Origin: Balamuthia mandrillaris
Lineage: Eukaryota
DNA length: 64,000 bases
NCBI GenBank assembly: GCA_031835245.2
Contig: JAVKOQ020000082.1
Coordinates: 62,001-126,000, forward strand
Direction of reading: 5' to 3'
The notes beneath the pieces are model-generated. The model searched no databases and was not told where the DNA came from. It was given only the letters and a program-made list of their open reading frames with translations. The position numbers were made by a program, and so were the translations under genes. The stretch's first letter is position 1; every line of letters begins with the position of its first letter. Below are positions 1 through 14,000 of this stretch, one piece after another.

Positions 1-3000
1 GGCATTCAGAACTTCAACAACACCACCCAACATCAACAACAGGACCAAGTTGCATTGTCTCCATCTGCCATTAAGTCCTCTCACTTCTTAGACAGAGTGG
101 AAGGATGTGGTCCTCACGTAGCAGCTAAGCTTCAAGAGACGTTCTACTCCCTCTTTGACAGTCTGTTGAGCTATCTGCAGACAAACCTGGTGGAAGAGGC
201 TCTACTGCGCTTCCTCACTGTTGAGATCTCTACCACCACCACCACCGAGAGCAACACCCTTGGAAGGGAGTTGCAACGCTTCAAGCTGCGTGCACGTAAG
301 AGGGTTAGCCTCTTGTGCGCTAATGTTATCAAGATGTTGGTGCTGGAGCTTTGGGCTACTTCACAGTTCAGAGATACGGATCATAAGTTCTTGCAAAAGA
401 TTCAGATCTTTTCCGTGTTGTTGACTCTGGTTCATCAAAGTAGAGAGGAAGATGAAGAAGAGAACCAACTACAGCTGCACCAGCAACAAAGCAACAACCA
501 CGCAGGTGCACAAACAGCAAGTACTTCAACCACGCAAGACATAAAGAGCAGTACCACTACCACTTCTCCTTCCTTCTCGCAAACTTCGGGCATGTCTTCG
601 TCTTCCTCTTCTTCATCACCATCCTCTTCGGCTCCATCCTTCATAATGCCATCCTTCTCCCTCGTTAAAGCTCAAAGAGAACAAGAAAACAAGGACAGAA
701 GAAAAGCCCAAAAGGCATCATGGGTTACTCTCAAGCTCATGCTTACCCTCTGTTTGGGTTTGCAAAACGACAAAGAGCAAAGCGAGCTCAACGCCAGAAA
801 TAAGAAGCTCTACGAGCAATACGTGGACCTCAAAGAAGATGAGGAACACGAGGAGGCGAAATTGCTCAAAGAAGAAATCGGAGAGTTGAACTCCTTTCAA
901 ACCTCTCTATTTGACCTCATCTTGCAAGAGCTGGAACGTTCCATGCAACTTTTCAAGAAATACGAGAAGCAATTGCGTCAGCAACACGAACACGACAAAG
1001 AAGAGTCCTCGTTGTTTGCAGCCAATGCGTTCCTTCCCTGGCGCAAGTATGCAGTGGACAAGCTAGACTCTGCTGAGTTTTACAAAGCAGAGAAGAAGTG
1101 CTATGAATGGCTTTGCTTGGTCTACCCTATGACTAGCTCCAAAGTGGTTTGCAGCTACATCGCCTCCTCCTCCAGGAAGTCGATGGAGCTTATTTTCACG
1201 CTTCTTCTGTTGGGCTCTCTTCGCATCCAACGTCTCGTCTTCCGTCTTTTGAGGAGGCTTCTTCCCTTCCTAAAACCTGAGAGAGCGGATTATCTATGGA
1301 GAAACGCCACTCAAGGATTGAACCTACGTTCATCGACTTCTGCTTCCTCCGGCGCCCAGTCTGCATGGACCTCGTTGAATGCAGAGATGGCGGGCAACGA
1401 GGTGGGCATGATTGGTTTCTTGTTGGACGCCATTGGCAGCGCTTTGCTCAACGCATGTCCTCTGAATGATAATCATCTCACGCAAAGCGATATTCGAAAC
1501 TCGGCCATACGTTACTTGGCTTCACTAAAGAGCGAAAAGAAGAAAGTCGTGGACGCTGCGCAGTCTTCTTCATCTGCCTTAAGTGGTTCTACTTCCTCAT
1601 CTCCAACCTCATCGTCGGCATCATCATCAACTTCATCATCTGGGACGCTCTTTTCTTCCGCAACAACGGAGCAAGTAGGAAGCTTGTTTTCTCTACCTGC
1701 AACGACGTCTCTAGAGAACTCTACAGATGATCCTCTACGAATGACGAAACGTAAACTCGCTCTGCATCACCAATCACAACCACCTACTCCGACGTTGTCT
1801 GACCCCTTCGCCTCTCCCTCTTACGTGCCACCGGTGGTGGAGCAGCAAAGACGAGAGCAACTTGAGAGGAACTTGTCCTCCACCACTCGTGCGCAATCTT
1901 CGTTCGCGTTCCATAACGCACCCCGCATTTCGCTTTCTTCAATGCCTCCTCCTCTTCCTCCTTCGTCTTCCTCTCCGTCGGCTCCTTCCTCTCCAACTGG
2001 AGGATTTTCTTTTGGTTCCACAACGAGCTCATCTGCTCCTTCCTCTACGCCTTTTGGAGGCTTCTCCTCTGGTTCCTCTACTACTTCTTCATTGTCGTCA
2101 TCTCCTGCTCTCTCTTCAGCAACTGGAAGTAGTGCTTTAGGAGGACTCTCCTTCGGCTCCTCTACCACCACCCCTTCTACGTCATTATCGTTATCTCCTT
2201 CCTCTGCTTCTTCCCTTTCTCCAAGCAGTGCCTTTGGAGGATTTTCTTTTGGTTCCACAACGAGCTCATCTGCTCCTTCGTTGCCGTTACCTTCTCCTGC
2301 TCCTTCATTGTCGTCATCTCCTGCTCTCTCATCAGCTACTGGAAGCAGCACCCTGGGAGGATTTTCTTTCGGCTCAGCTGTTGCAAGCCCTTCATTCAGC
2401 TTCGCACCCTCATCACCAACAACTACCACAAACAATGCCTCTGCTCCTACTTTCTCATTTTCCTCTTCTCCCTCTTCTTCTACTCCGACCTTCAGCTTCA
2501 GTTCTTCGAGCTCAGCTGCTTCCGGCTCGGTTACATCCACTACTACGTCTTCCCTTTCCTCTACTCCCTCCTCTCCCTCTGTACCATTTTCTTTTGGTCC
2601 TCCTGCTTCCTCTTCCTCTTCTTCTTCCTCTGGAGGTTTCTCATTTGGGTCCTCTTCATCTCCCTCTCCTTCTCCCTCTGGAAGTTTCTCATTCGCTTCT
2701 CCTGCTTCCTCCTCCGCTTCTTCCTCTAGCTCCTCTGAAAGCTTTTCCTTTGGTGCTTCCTCTACTTCCAGCGGAGGTTTTTCATTTGGTCCTTCTTCCC
2801 CTTCCGCTCCCGCCTCCTCTTCTTCGTCTTCTGGAGGTTTCTCCTTTGGCTCCTCTACCACCACGCCATCCAGTGTTTCTTCATCTACACCCGCCTCTTC
2901 TTTCTCCTTTTCTTCTGCTACTTCTGTCTCTTCTCCTTCTACTTCCACTTCCCCTTCAAGTTTTTCTTTTGGTTCTGCATCATCCTCTTCTTCAGCACCA

Positions 3001-6000
3001 TCAAGCTTTTCTTTCGGGTCGGCCGCTTCTTCGCCTTCCACTACCAACACTCCAACTTCCTTTTCCTTCTCCCTCCCCTCTCAACTTACCAACGCCACGT
3101 TGACCAACAACACCCAACAACAAAGCAAATCGGCTGACACTAACGCCAACATTCTCCACAGTAGTCCCAACGCGTGGCCAGTCAACACCACGCTCGATGC
3201 TCCTGGCATACTAAAGAGCGTGGATGGCAACGCCGCGCTCACTCTGGCCTCTGAGGCTGTCGCTTTGCTTCGGACCCTGATGAACAACGATAATTGGAGC
3301 GAGTTCAACTACAACGCGGACACAGCGCAGAGCTGGAGCTCAAAGCTTAAAAAAGTGGTGGAAAAAGGCGTTAAGGACGTTGCTGGATTGCTTCAATGCA
3401 AGTCCTTCCCCGTCAGTCATCGTCTGGACCGCCGGCTTTGGCATGTGGTTGCCTCTTTGAGTATCTTGGGTGGTCTTCCTGAGGTCAAGCGTGTTGGAGC
3501 TCGAGTAGAAGTTTTGGACACCGCAACAACAAATGAAAGCAACAACAAAACCAAGAAAGGAATCATCGTCGGATTGGAGAGAAAGTTCCGTTCAGCTAGA
3601 GTGCTCTACGAGGAGGACGTGCAAAGGTACAACACTTTTTCTCAGGATCAAATCATGGAAGTCTACGAAAAGCAGAACAGCTTTGGTGGCCCCCGAGGAG
3701 CAAGTGACAGCAACAATAAGGACCAGATCAAATCATGTCTGTTGTCACCTAAGCTTCACAATCTGGATAAGCTGCGCGCTCTTCCAGAGGTGAACCTCCA
3801 GCCCGAGGCTTTCCCTGCGCATGCTCATTTGTTGGAAGCCTTCAAGTGTTTGTTCTGCTCCCCGGCTTCTCAAAGTGAGGAATTGAAGAACAATCACAGT
3901 GAACATCACGCGTGGGAGAGCCTTAGAGCCCAATTGCAGTCCATTGCTATGCTTTCCCTTAGTGCCATGTTGCACCATCCTGCCTTTGTCTCCTTGACCA
4001 TGCGCAGTGGTACGCCTTCTATCGCTTCTTTCCTTCCTTTTTTTTATGTTTTTGCTCGAGTTTGATGATGCTAAACAAAAATCCATTACAAATGTAGGAG
4101 TGTTAGAGCACATCCTGGATTTAGCGCTGACGGAGAGCGTAACGGCGCTTGTCCCAGAGAAGCTGGAAGAGCAGTGTGAGTCCATGAAAGCGCGAATGTT
4201 CAACATTCTTTCAAGTGCACAGTGGAACGACCTCATTCCCTTCTCTCCGTTCTCTGGATTGCCCATCCTGCTTCCTACTACATGGGATTCGGTAGACATT
4301 CACAACATGATCGTCACTTTCGTGGGCGAAGGAGATATCGACCGCACTATCTTCTACAAACCACCTGCTTTAACCAATACTGGCTTCTCCTTTGGTGCTG
4401 CAGCATCTTCTTCATCTGATGGTAGCAAGGAAGAGGAAAAAGCTAAAGACAAAGAGGGCAGGGCGAGGGCGGATGTCGCCGTGCACTCTTCTTTGCCCAT
4501 GTTTTACTTTGAGGTGTTGGTAGCTTCCTCTTCTGGCCGGTAAGTTCTATTTTCTCTTCCTTTGTTCTTTGTGTTTTTTTTTTTTCAACACCTTTTCTGT
4601 TTTACTAAACTTCAATCTTTCAACAACAGAGGTGTTGAAGTTGGTCTCTCTCCAGCGACTTCCGAACAAGTGAAAGCATCGAAATGCAACTACAACAACT
4701 GTTACAGCTTCCGTGGAGATGGTGTTCTCGTCCATCGTGGGAGCGGCGCCTCAAGCCCCAGCTCTCAAGAAGAAGAAGAGGGAAAAGCAGAAACTACTGC
4801 GGTTGAGGGAGGTCATTTCGGCTCAGGTGATTGCATCGGTTGCGGTTGGGATGCTGAGAAACGTGCTATCTTCTTCACAAAGAATGGACAACTTCTTGAG
4901 AATGCGACTATGATTGTGTCAGAAGAAGAAACAAAAGATGAAAAGCAAAAGGAAAAAGAAGCTGACCAAGAGCATGAGTTGTTCTACTTCTGGCCTGTGC
5001 TTAGATTAAGCGAACTTGGAGCATGTGCGAGAGTTAACTTTGGACAACAACCATTCCGGTTCGACTTTAACGAGCTCCTTCGTGGTGCACTTGGCGTCAC
5101 TGCGTCCGTCGAAGCTGAAGAAGAAGAGGACCAAGATATCCCTACAACAGAAGCATCCAACAGTAACAACGCTGAAGAAGCTTCTCAAATGCCTAACGTC
5201 ACCGACGTTACGCCTGCACCTGCAGCCATATTTACTTCTTCAGCTCCTCTTGCCACTTCTTCAAGTCTGTCTCCTTCCGCTGCTGCCGGCTTTTTATTCT
5301 CCAGTGGGGAGCCTTCTCCATCACCGCTCAAAGGCCGTGCTTCCAAAGCCCGCGCCAAGAAGCTACCTGCTTCTCGAAGAGCTGCCGCTGTGGCAGCAGC
5401 AACGTCTTCCTCTGCTCAAAACAACAATATGAATAACAACGCTGCCAGCAACAACAGCAGCAGTACGTCTTCTTCGTCATCATCCTCCTCTAGCGCACTC
5501 GCTGCTGCTGCTTCTTCAGCCCCTATTGTAGGTCAGAAGTTGCAACAGCAACAACAGAAGATGCCACAAATCGAACCAGGGCAATGGTACAAAGTCTTCA
5601 AGAACGTGAGCGAGGCACAAAAGGATTGGAAGTCAGCCATGGATTCTACCATAGGCAAGACGGGCATAGTCCGGGCTGTGGACACTCGCTCCAACAAGAT
5701 CCTGCTCTACATCTACGACGAGGAGCTTGGCGTTGGACAACAATGGTGGTATCCCTGGAGGTTGCTCAAAAAGCCTGTCAAGCTGGTGCATGACGGGCAC
5801 TTCTCGCTATTGCGGGTCAAAAGCTTTGCGGAGGTGCAGCACCGCAGCCTCACGTGGGAGAATAACCTGAGTAGATCCTATGCCACAAAGGCTGTCTTCA
5901 CGCTGCTCTCTCATTGGCCGAAGGATGCAGAGTTCTCTCTGTTGGATCAGTTGAAGGACAAGGAAGCGAAGGACGGTGGCATCGATTCTGTGAAGCTGTT

Positions 6001-9000
6001 CAGGTTCCTGCGTTTCATTGCGGCGGAGTTTCTGACGGACCAATCCAGAAAGAGCTTGACGAGCAACAACAGCCGCGTTGTCCTTCGAACGGTCTCTGCA
6101 AAGCTTCAAGAAGTTATTCGTAGAGAAACTGAGCTTGTCGCTTCTTCGGAGGACAAAGAAGTACAAGATAAGAACTCTCTCAGTGTCATGCTGATAGAGT
6201 ACTGCCTTTCCAACAAGTTTTGGTTAGCACCTTCCCTTGGATTTGGTTCCCCTGCCTCGCAACAGTTGCAACAACCCGACCTGAATATGGCGAGATGGTT
6301 GCTGCGAATGGTATACAAGGAAGGCCCTCCTGCCATCAAAGACAAGTATCGAGTGCAAATCGTGGACCTGCTTTTGCAACAACTTCTGGACCGAACAACG
6401 GTGAGCTCTTCGGCGTTTGGAGGCGGAACAGCGATGGATGCGGAGAAAACTAAACTCTGTCTCTCCATTCTTCATTTCTTGGAAGACATTTTGACCAGCG
6501 ACAAATGCCTGAAGAATGAAGATGACGGCGAGAACAGATCTCTGCCGAATCAAGAGGTTGTGGAACGATTGGTAAAGAAGGTGAAGGATGTACATGGCCA
6601 AGTAAGCTCTTCGCTGCACAACTTTGAGAATCGCAACTCGACCGAATGCAAGCTCTTCAAGAATCTTGTAGAATTGCTCTTATTGTTCAGGAGAGGAGGA
6701 TGGTACCTCTCTAAGAGCGAACGCCAAGCAAGGAAAAGGCTCGAAGCTGAGAAAGCTAAGTCACAGGAAAAGGAAGCAATGAAGAAAACAGGAACGGAAA
6801 CGGAAACGACGCCGTCATCGTCACAACAAGAAGCATCATCTCCTTCCCCAACTTTATCCAACCAAACGGATGAAGATACTTCTGGCAATAGTACTCCCTC
6901 TTCCACCAGTTCTACTGCATCACCATCTCCACTGGACATACATTCTGAAACAAGACTCATGAATGAACAAAGCAGTAACGAGGAAAAGAAAGAAGAAGAG
7001 GAGGAAGCAGAAGAGGAAGAAGACGTTGAAGACGAATTCGCAGATTTAGACTGGTTTAAGCGATTGGAAAGAGCTTCTGAAGTGGCTGAATTTATCTTAT
7101 CAGACTATGATACTAATGACGACAACACGGCGACGAATCCGTATGAGCACGCGCCTTGGTCTTTGTTATGCAGAGCCGCCATGAAGGTGGATGTTGCTCT
7201 CTACCGATCACACAAGGAAGACAGTCGCATACTGCTCGAACGACAGGAGGAAAAGAAGAAGAAGGAAGATGAGGAAAAGAAGATGAAAGAAGAAGAGAAA
7301 AACCAGGAGAGAGAAGAACAAGAAAACAAGACGGAAGAAGAAAAAGAAAAATCGTCAGCGAATTCTAGTGATTCAGCTTCACCTTCTGTTCCTACACCTC
7401 CTCCTCCTCCTCCTGTTTCTCTCTCTTTATCTTCCACTTCTACGTCCACTTCTGCTCCTTCTACTACTTCTGCGGAGACACCAAACGACAAGACAGATGA
7501 AAAAACGTTGAAGGTGCACATACCGTGTGCCAAAAGACTCCTTGTGGTGATAGACAAGCATGCTCCCTTCTTCTCAAAACAACAGCTCGTTTTCTGCGAT
7601 TCTTCTAATAATGTGATCAAAACAATAACGCCTAGCACTTTAGCATCAGAAAACCCGTACGTTAAATACGTTCTCTTTTTGTTTTTTGTTATCTTTTCTA
7701 ACTCGCCATGTTATTTAACACTTCAGGCAAGAGGCAACTGTCTTTACAGTAGGAGATACCGTACTATACAGAGTGGAACCTCTGGCCACGGGTTTCGGCT
7801 CTAGCAACAACAGCAGCTCATCCAACGCCTTTATTTCTCCATTTTCATTTAGCTTCTCTGGATTAACCAACGAGACCAACAGCACGAACAACACCAATGA
7901 CAAGAAAGAAGAGGCAAGTGACGACCAGAACACAAAAGAAGAGAATGCAGCGAATGCTACCAAAGCGGAAGAGAAGGGATACGGTTTTTGGGTCATTCCA
8001 GTGTTTGGTGACCTCCAAAAGGCACAAAGACTGAAGCCTCAGCACAGCTCCGCTCTGACGCTGAAGCAAAAACTGATCGATACGCGTGAGCTCTTAGAGC
8101 GAAATATCAAAGTTGGGGGATCCCCCTCCAACAACAAGAGCAATAGAAGCAAATCGCTCCGTGCGTTGATGCGAAAAGTTGATGCAGAGTTGATGGATTA
8201 TGCGCAGGGCATAGCAGACAAGGTTTCACAACAACGCCTTGATATGAAAGCTCATGACGTAGTACCCTTCTTGATTGCGCCCACAGAGTCTGATAGACTG
8301 GTCTATCCCAGCTTTAACGAATTGTATTCCCTATTCGCTACATCTCTATCTTCCTCGACGGAGAAACAAAAGGAAGAGAGCAAAGAGCAGGAAAAAGAGA
8401 AAGGGAAAGAAAAAGACGAGCAGATTGCAACTACGTCAACGGACGAGAGTGAGAGAATGGCGGAATGGCTGCTTCGCATTCGCTTTACATTCATCGCCAA
8501 GTTTAACCGTTTGCTTTGGTCGAACTCCCACACTTGGCTTCCTTATCTCGACTTTTCTACTTCCTCTTCCTCCTCTTCGTCGGACAACGAAAACGACGTT
8601 CTCCTTCATCTCATCGACTCTTCATCCACCTCTTCTTCCACTCCTCCACTTTCGAGCACAGCACGGCAGCAGCAACAATTTGTTCATAGATTGGCCAACA
8701 AGGTTCTTCGACTGCGTCACCTCCTCTCCCACAAGCTGAAGATGCAGTTCTATCAGGGCATCACTCAAAGCAGGAGCAACTCCTACGGCCAACCCACTAT
8801 CATGATCAATCGTTTGGGAATGCTCTCCGAGGAGGAGAAACGATCCCTTCGTCGCAGTTCTTCGTCGTCTTCTCCATTTGGATCTTCAGCCACCAACTCC
8901 AACAGTGCAGAAGAAGAGGATCTCGATTGGTGCATCTTTGTGCAAGCATTCCACCAGCTGAATCATATGCCAGCAACACAGCTCTCCAATTCCCGTCAGG

Positions 9001-10147
9001 CCTTCTCCGTTCGTCTCACCGGCGAGGGCGCCTCCGACGCTGGCGGCCCTTACCGTGAAGTCCTCTCCATGATGTGTCACGATCTTCAATCCTCCTCCGA
9101 CGCTTCCTCTTCCTCTTCCTCTGCTGGTTCTGCCGAGCCCCGTCCTAAGCTGCCTCTCTTTATCCCCTGCCCCAACGCCAAGTTGGCTTTGGAAGAAGTT
9201 GGCATCGGCAAGAACAGAGACAAGTTCATTCCTAAGCCTTCCTCTCGCTCACCTCTCCATCTCTCAATGTATGAGTTCCTGGGCAAAGTCATGGCCATTG
9301 CCTTGCTGGGCAAGAATCCTCTGCCGCTCAACTTCCCTTCGTTCGTTTGGAAGCCGCTCGTCGGCAGCCCCACTGATATAGAGGACTTGAAGGGGATCGA
9401 TCAGTATTGCGGACAGTGTTTGGAGGACCTGTTACATCCAGAGTTGGTTGACTTGGATGAGGACAATTTTGGAGATATCATCTTTGAGAACTTCACCACT
9501 GTGCTCTCGGATGGAAGTAAAGTGGAGTTGAAGGAAGGTGGGGAGGACATTGATGTCACGTACGTTTTATGCCCCTTCCCATATTTTCTCTCACCTTCCC
9601 TCTAACTCACGTGACAAACAAAAACAACAGGTTTCAAAACAGATTAGAATACGTCGAACTGGTAACGGCCTGTCGTCTCTCCGAAAGCAAGGCTCAAATC
9701 GAGGCCATTCGTCGCGGCCTCTCCTCGCTCATCCCTCTCGACGTGCTCTCCCTCTTCACCTGGCAAGAGCTCGAACAGCTCGTCTGCGGCAAGGTGGAGA
9801 TCGACGTCGCTAAGCTCCGCAAGCACACCAACTACAAAGGCTTCAACGGCGATAGCGATCGCATCATCGCCATGTTCTGGGAGGTCATGGAGGAGTTCTC
9901 CACGGCGGAGCGCCACCTCTTCCTTCGCTTCGCCTCCGGCCGGGAGAGATTGCCGACGGATGAGAGTCAGTGGAGGGATTGTCTCACCATCGCCAAGCTC
10001 TACGACAACGATGACGCCCTGCCGCAGAGCGCCACTTGCTTCTTCACCGTCAAGCTGCCCAACTATACCAGCAAGGAGATCATGAAGAAGCGCATCTTGC
10101 TGGCTATTTCCAACTGCGCTTCCATCGATACTGACTTTACTGTCTAA
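1..10147 (+). CDS. Giant HECT-domain E3 ubiquitin ligase (HERC/HECTD4-like) with SPRY domain; 5' end lies upstream of window
   Basis: Frame is open from base 1. GT-AG introns 4010-4097, 4540-4629, 7657-7726 and 9560-9630 join five ORFs in frame. SPRY motifs: MFYFEV, GDCIGCGWD...IFFTKNG, VNFGQQPFRFD. HECT motifs: GEGASDAGGPYRE, FLRFASGRERLP and the catalytic LPQSATCFFTVKLP. Ends IDTDFTV*. Confidence 0.93.
1999..3078 (+). repeat. Ser-rich FSFG/FSFS low-complexity coding repeat region
   Basis: Ten FSFG motifs plus FSFS/FSFA variants in Ser/Pro/Thr spacers. Nucleotide-level internal duplication (~1999-2042 vs ~2236-2279). Confidence 0.9.
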
Positions 10148-10274
10148 AAAAATAAATGAAGTGTTTCCCATCTTCAAATATTTTATTTTAAAATTGAGTA
10201 ATTAATTGAATGATGATATTATGTTATTTTATATAACAGGTTTTTTTTTAAACCATAAAGACTTCACAAAGAGG

Positions 10275-10973
10275 ATGGGAAACAGCAGCGGCAAACAAAA
10301 AGATGGAGGAAGAAGGAAGGGAGGAAAGGCCTCTTTCACGCGGAAGGAGCTCAAAGCCGTGCGAAAGGTCTTCCATCAGGTCACCAAAGAGAGAGCCGAC
10401 CGAAAGGACGACTCTTTGAACGAAGAAGAGTTTGTTCGCGTTTTTGAGGTCTTCACAAAGAGGACGAACGAGCTTCAGCACGTAAACTTGCAAGAGATCT
10501 TTGACAACATCGACAGAAATAAAGATGGTCGGGTGAGCTTCAACGAACTCATTCTTTGGCTCTCTATCTATCTGAATGGCAGCGACGAAGACAAACTACG
10601 ACGTACGGCTCTCTCTGTATGTTATCTATTCTCTCTCTCTCCTTCTCTCTCTCTCTCTCTTATGTTGTTATCACGTGTTGTCGCAGATATGTTTGAAACA
10701 TTCGACGAAGACAAGAACGGCGTTTTGGAAGCGGCTGAAGTGAACAACGTTTTAGAGGTGTTGAAGCTATCCATGACCGACAGAGGCCTATCCGAGTCTC
10801 GCTCTTTGCAAAAGGCCTCAGCCCTCCTCAAGAAGTTGATGAGCGGGGGAGAAGGCACCATCACACTGCAACAGTGGTTACAGATAGGCGCCGAGACCAA
10901 CCTGATGGAAGAGTTGTTGGGAGAGGAGTTCTTGGAACTGATGTCAGGTTTCAATGTGCACAATGCAGAGTGA
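10275..10973 (+). CDS. N-myristoylated EF-hand calcium-binding protein (NCS/calcineurin B-like)
   Basis: Starts MGNSSGK (myristoylation-type motif). EF loops DRNKDGRVSFNE and DEDKNGVLEAAE. One intron at 10603-10686. Confidence 0.88.
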   Translation: MGNSSGKQKDGGRRKGGKASFTRKELKAVRKVFHQVTKERADRKDDSLNEEEFVRVFEVFTKRTNELQHVNLQEIFDNIDRNKDGRVSFNELILWLSIYLNGSDEDKLRRTALSVCYLFSLSPSLSLSLMLLSRVVADMFETFDEDKNGVLEAAEVNNVLEVLKLSMTDRGLSESRSLQKASALLKKLMSGGEGTITLQQWLQIGAETNLMEELLGEEFLELMSGFNVHNAE

Positions 10974-11024
10974 CTTGTATTTAGTCTGACGCTCAACGAT
11001 AAAAGTACAAGTTGATGCTTTGCT

Positions 11025-14000
11025 TTAAGCACCTTGATTCATGACGTGCTGCGTGCGTGAAATAATGGCCCTTTGAGCTCTCTTCTTCTTCTTGGCAATG
11101 TGGAAGCTCACAGCAGCTCCAACGCCAAAAGCCAAGAGAGCTACCAGCACTGCTGCAGGAACTCCTATAACCAATCCAAAGTTGAGCTCGTCATTCTTCT
11201 CCTCTTTTTGGTCTTCATCCCCATCATCGCTTGTATAACCATCTTCTTGTACTCCATCTCCTTCTCCATCCTCTTCAGATGGATCGTCATAGACGTCGAG
11301 GAGAGTTGAAAAGTTGGGATCGAAGACAAAGTTGGCGGGGCAGTACGCAGTGGTAACGCTGAATTGAAAGTCTCCTTCGTAAGCCACTATCACGTTGCCA
11401 AAGTTTCCATCTATCAAACCAGTGCTGATGAAGCTCGCAACAAGTTGTGCCTTTGCTCTTTTGGACTCTATATTATTTTGCTATCAGTTAAAAAAAAAGG
11501 AGAAGTGAATATAGGCTTACCAGAAGTAAACACTATCTCGCTTACTGATTCCATTCCGTTTATCATTCTTGTTTTAGTGACGTTGGCTGAAAGAATGGCG
11601 TTGGGATGGTTGACCACTTCCACCGCGAACCATATCTTCAACTCTCTGTTTATTGAGTCCCAAATCACATCTCCAAAGAACGGATAGTTGACGTCCAGAG
11701 TGAACTTCAAGCTGTTGGGAGGTGCTTGGAAGTGCTCAGCGCCGAAGGAGAGATTGGTGGCTTGGCTGTAGAGCCAGTTGCTCGCTTGGAAGATCAGTCC
11801 GTTGGAGAACAAGCTTGTGTAGTTAACGTTGTATTCTTCAGCCTTGTTTATTCGGTTAGCCGAAGACCAAATCTCATAAGAATGATAGATCAAAGAGAGA
11901 AGGCTAAAAACCTGAAGGGCTTCCGAGACAGTGTAAACTTTTTCCAGGTTATCCAGATCGGTTTCAGCGATAAACTCTCCGAATTCAAACTCTTCAAACT
12001 TGCGATACCTCAACTTGAATCTTGGAACATCCTCCTCGGAACCAACAGTAGAGTTGACGCCGGAGAACAATTCAAACTCTGGATTCTCAAACAAGCTCAA
12101 CGTCGCTGCGAATTGTAATAAGGTTAAGAAGAACAACCACAGCATAACGAGCCAACAACACAAAGCCAGAAGTTACTTACCATCACCAAGAGTGACATTG
12201 CTTCTGGAAGGAGATTCGCTTTGCAAAGTGCACAGTTGGGGTTGCGGGTCGTTGTCCACCCCTTCCGGTAACGTTGGAAAAGGGCAAGCATCGGAGGAAC
12301 CACCACACGTGTTGCAGCTGTCGTAAGGCTGATCACAGTCGCACATGGCAGCAAGGTTTGAGGAATTACAGAAGACTAATGACTCACAAGAAAACATATT
12401 CGTTCCTGCGAAAAGCAAGGTTATTTAAAACATAGAAGAAGAGAACAAGAAGAGGAACAAGAAGAATAAGAAGTAACGCGAACCTTGAGAACTGAGAGGT
12501 GAATCTTCAATGACCAATGGTCCCGCTCTGTCATTCCAACAATGCCAGAAAACTCCTTCGGTAGCTGCATTATCTCTAAGCTCTGTTCTTCTTACTGTCA
12601 ACACGCTAGCGCGGGTGCTGGCCACTCCTCCTGCGCCTCCTTGTGCCGAATTAGCTATAAACGCGCTGTCTTCCATCAGTAGGACAGGGGCAGCTTCAGG
12701 CCAGGTGCTCTTGTAGCCGTCCATCCAAACGACCCCTCCATCTCCTCCTATGGCAGAGTTGAAGGCAACGGTGCAGGACAAGAAACGGACCGTGCCAAAG
12801 AAATTGGAGGAGATTGGAGACGAGGAGATCACTACTCCACCATGGGCTGCACTGAGACTGGTTGTGTCCGTGTCCTCGTTGAAGATGGCTTGGTTTTGGG
12901 TGATGTTGCAGGACGTGAACGTGACGGCGGCACCTGAACTGTCAACCACTCCTCCTGCAGAGGCTTTATTGCATGATATCTCACAGTTGACAAATTCTAC
13001 AGAGGCAGCTATATTGCAACGAAATATGAATAAACAGGAAAGGAAGAGTCAAGAAAAGCATAGGAGAACAGAGGAATAAACACAGTACCATCTAAGTCTC
13101 CAACGCTGAAGGCTCTTATTACCCCGCCGCCGCCGCGACGAGCAAAGTTGAACCTGAATACGCTGTCATCGAAGCGTGCTCCCCCGCCTAAATAAGCCAC
13201 TCCGGCACTCTCAGCAGCTCCATTGTTGAGGAACTGACAGTTGTTGAGAGAGATGGCGGATCGAGTGGTATAGATTGCACCTCCTGTTTGAGCCGAGTTG
13301 CGGTAGAACACGCTGTTGCTAATACCAAGGTGGTTGGATTCCTGAAGGTAGAGGGCTCCTCCTCTTGCTGCATAGTTTCTCTCGAAGTAACTATTGGTTA
13401 CTTGGCTGCCGGATGATAGGCCACGGGCAGCTACGGTATTTACGTTGGCAACGAATCTACAGTCGCTTATCTGCAATGCAGAGTAATACAAAGGTCTGTG
13501 CAAGCACAGAATGATAAGAAGCACTGGAAGAGAAAAAAAGAAAGACAGAAAGACAGAACGAAAGAAAGAAAGAAAGCAAGAAAGAAACGACAAGAAAGAA
13601 AGAAAGAAAGAAACGACAAGAAAGAAAGAAAGAAAGAAAGAAACGACAAGAAAGAAAGAAAGAAACGAGAAGCAGAAGAATAACTTACTCGGCATACAGT
13701 CGCAGAGCTCCAGCCAAGCACTTTTCAAAGGAGGAACGAACGATGTTGACACTACTTCTGAATAGAGCGCTAATGGCAATTCCTGAAAGCCGCTCAAATG
13801 AACAACCGTCAACCTCCAGTTGGATTCCTGGACTCAACCTTCAATGCAATTCGGTAAGGGGCAAAAAACAATGGAAAGAAAGAAGGTTTGAACTCGAACC
13901 TTATAGCCTCAGTTCCGCCCACGAACGAACAGTTTCGAACCGAAAGATGCAAAGAGGAGCTCCCATAGACGTCCAGTTGGCTAACGCTTACTCCTGTATC

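Noticed and set aside
1821..3050. 409-aa Glu-rich minus-strand ORF
   Set aside because: Antisense shadow of the Ser-rich TCT/TCC codons of the HECT gene.
13520..13680. Repeated AAGAAACGACAAGAAAG units
   Set aside because: Intronic (GAAA)n-derived minisatellite with no unique spacers, so not CRISPR.
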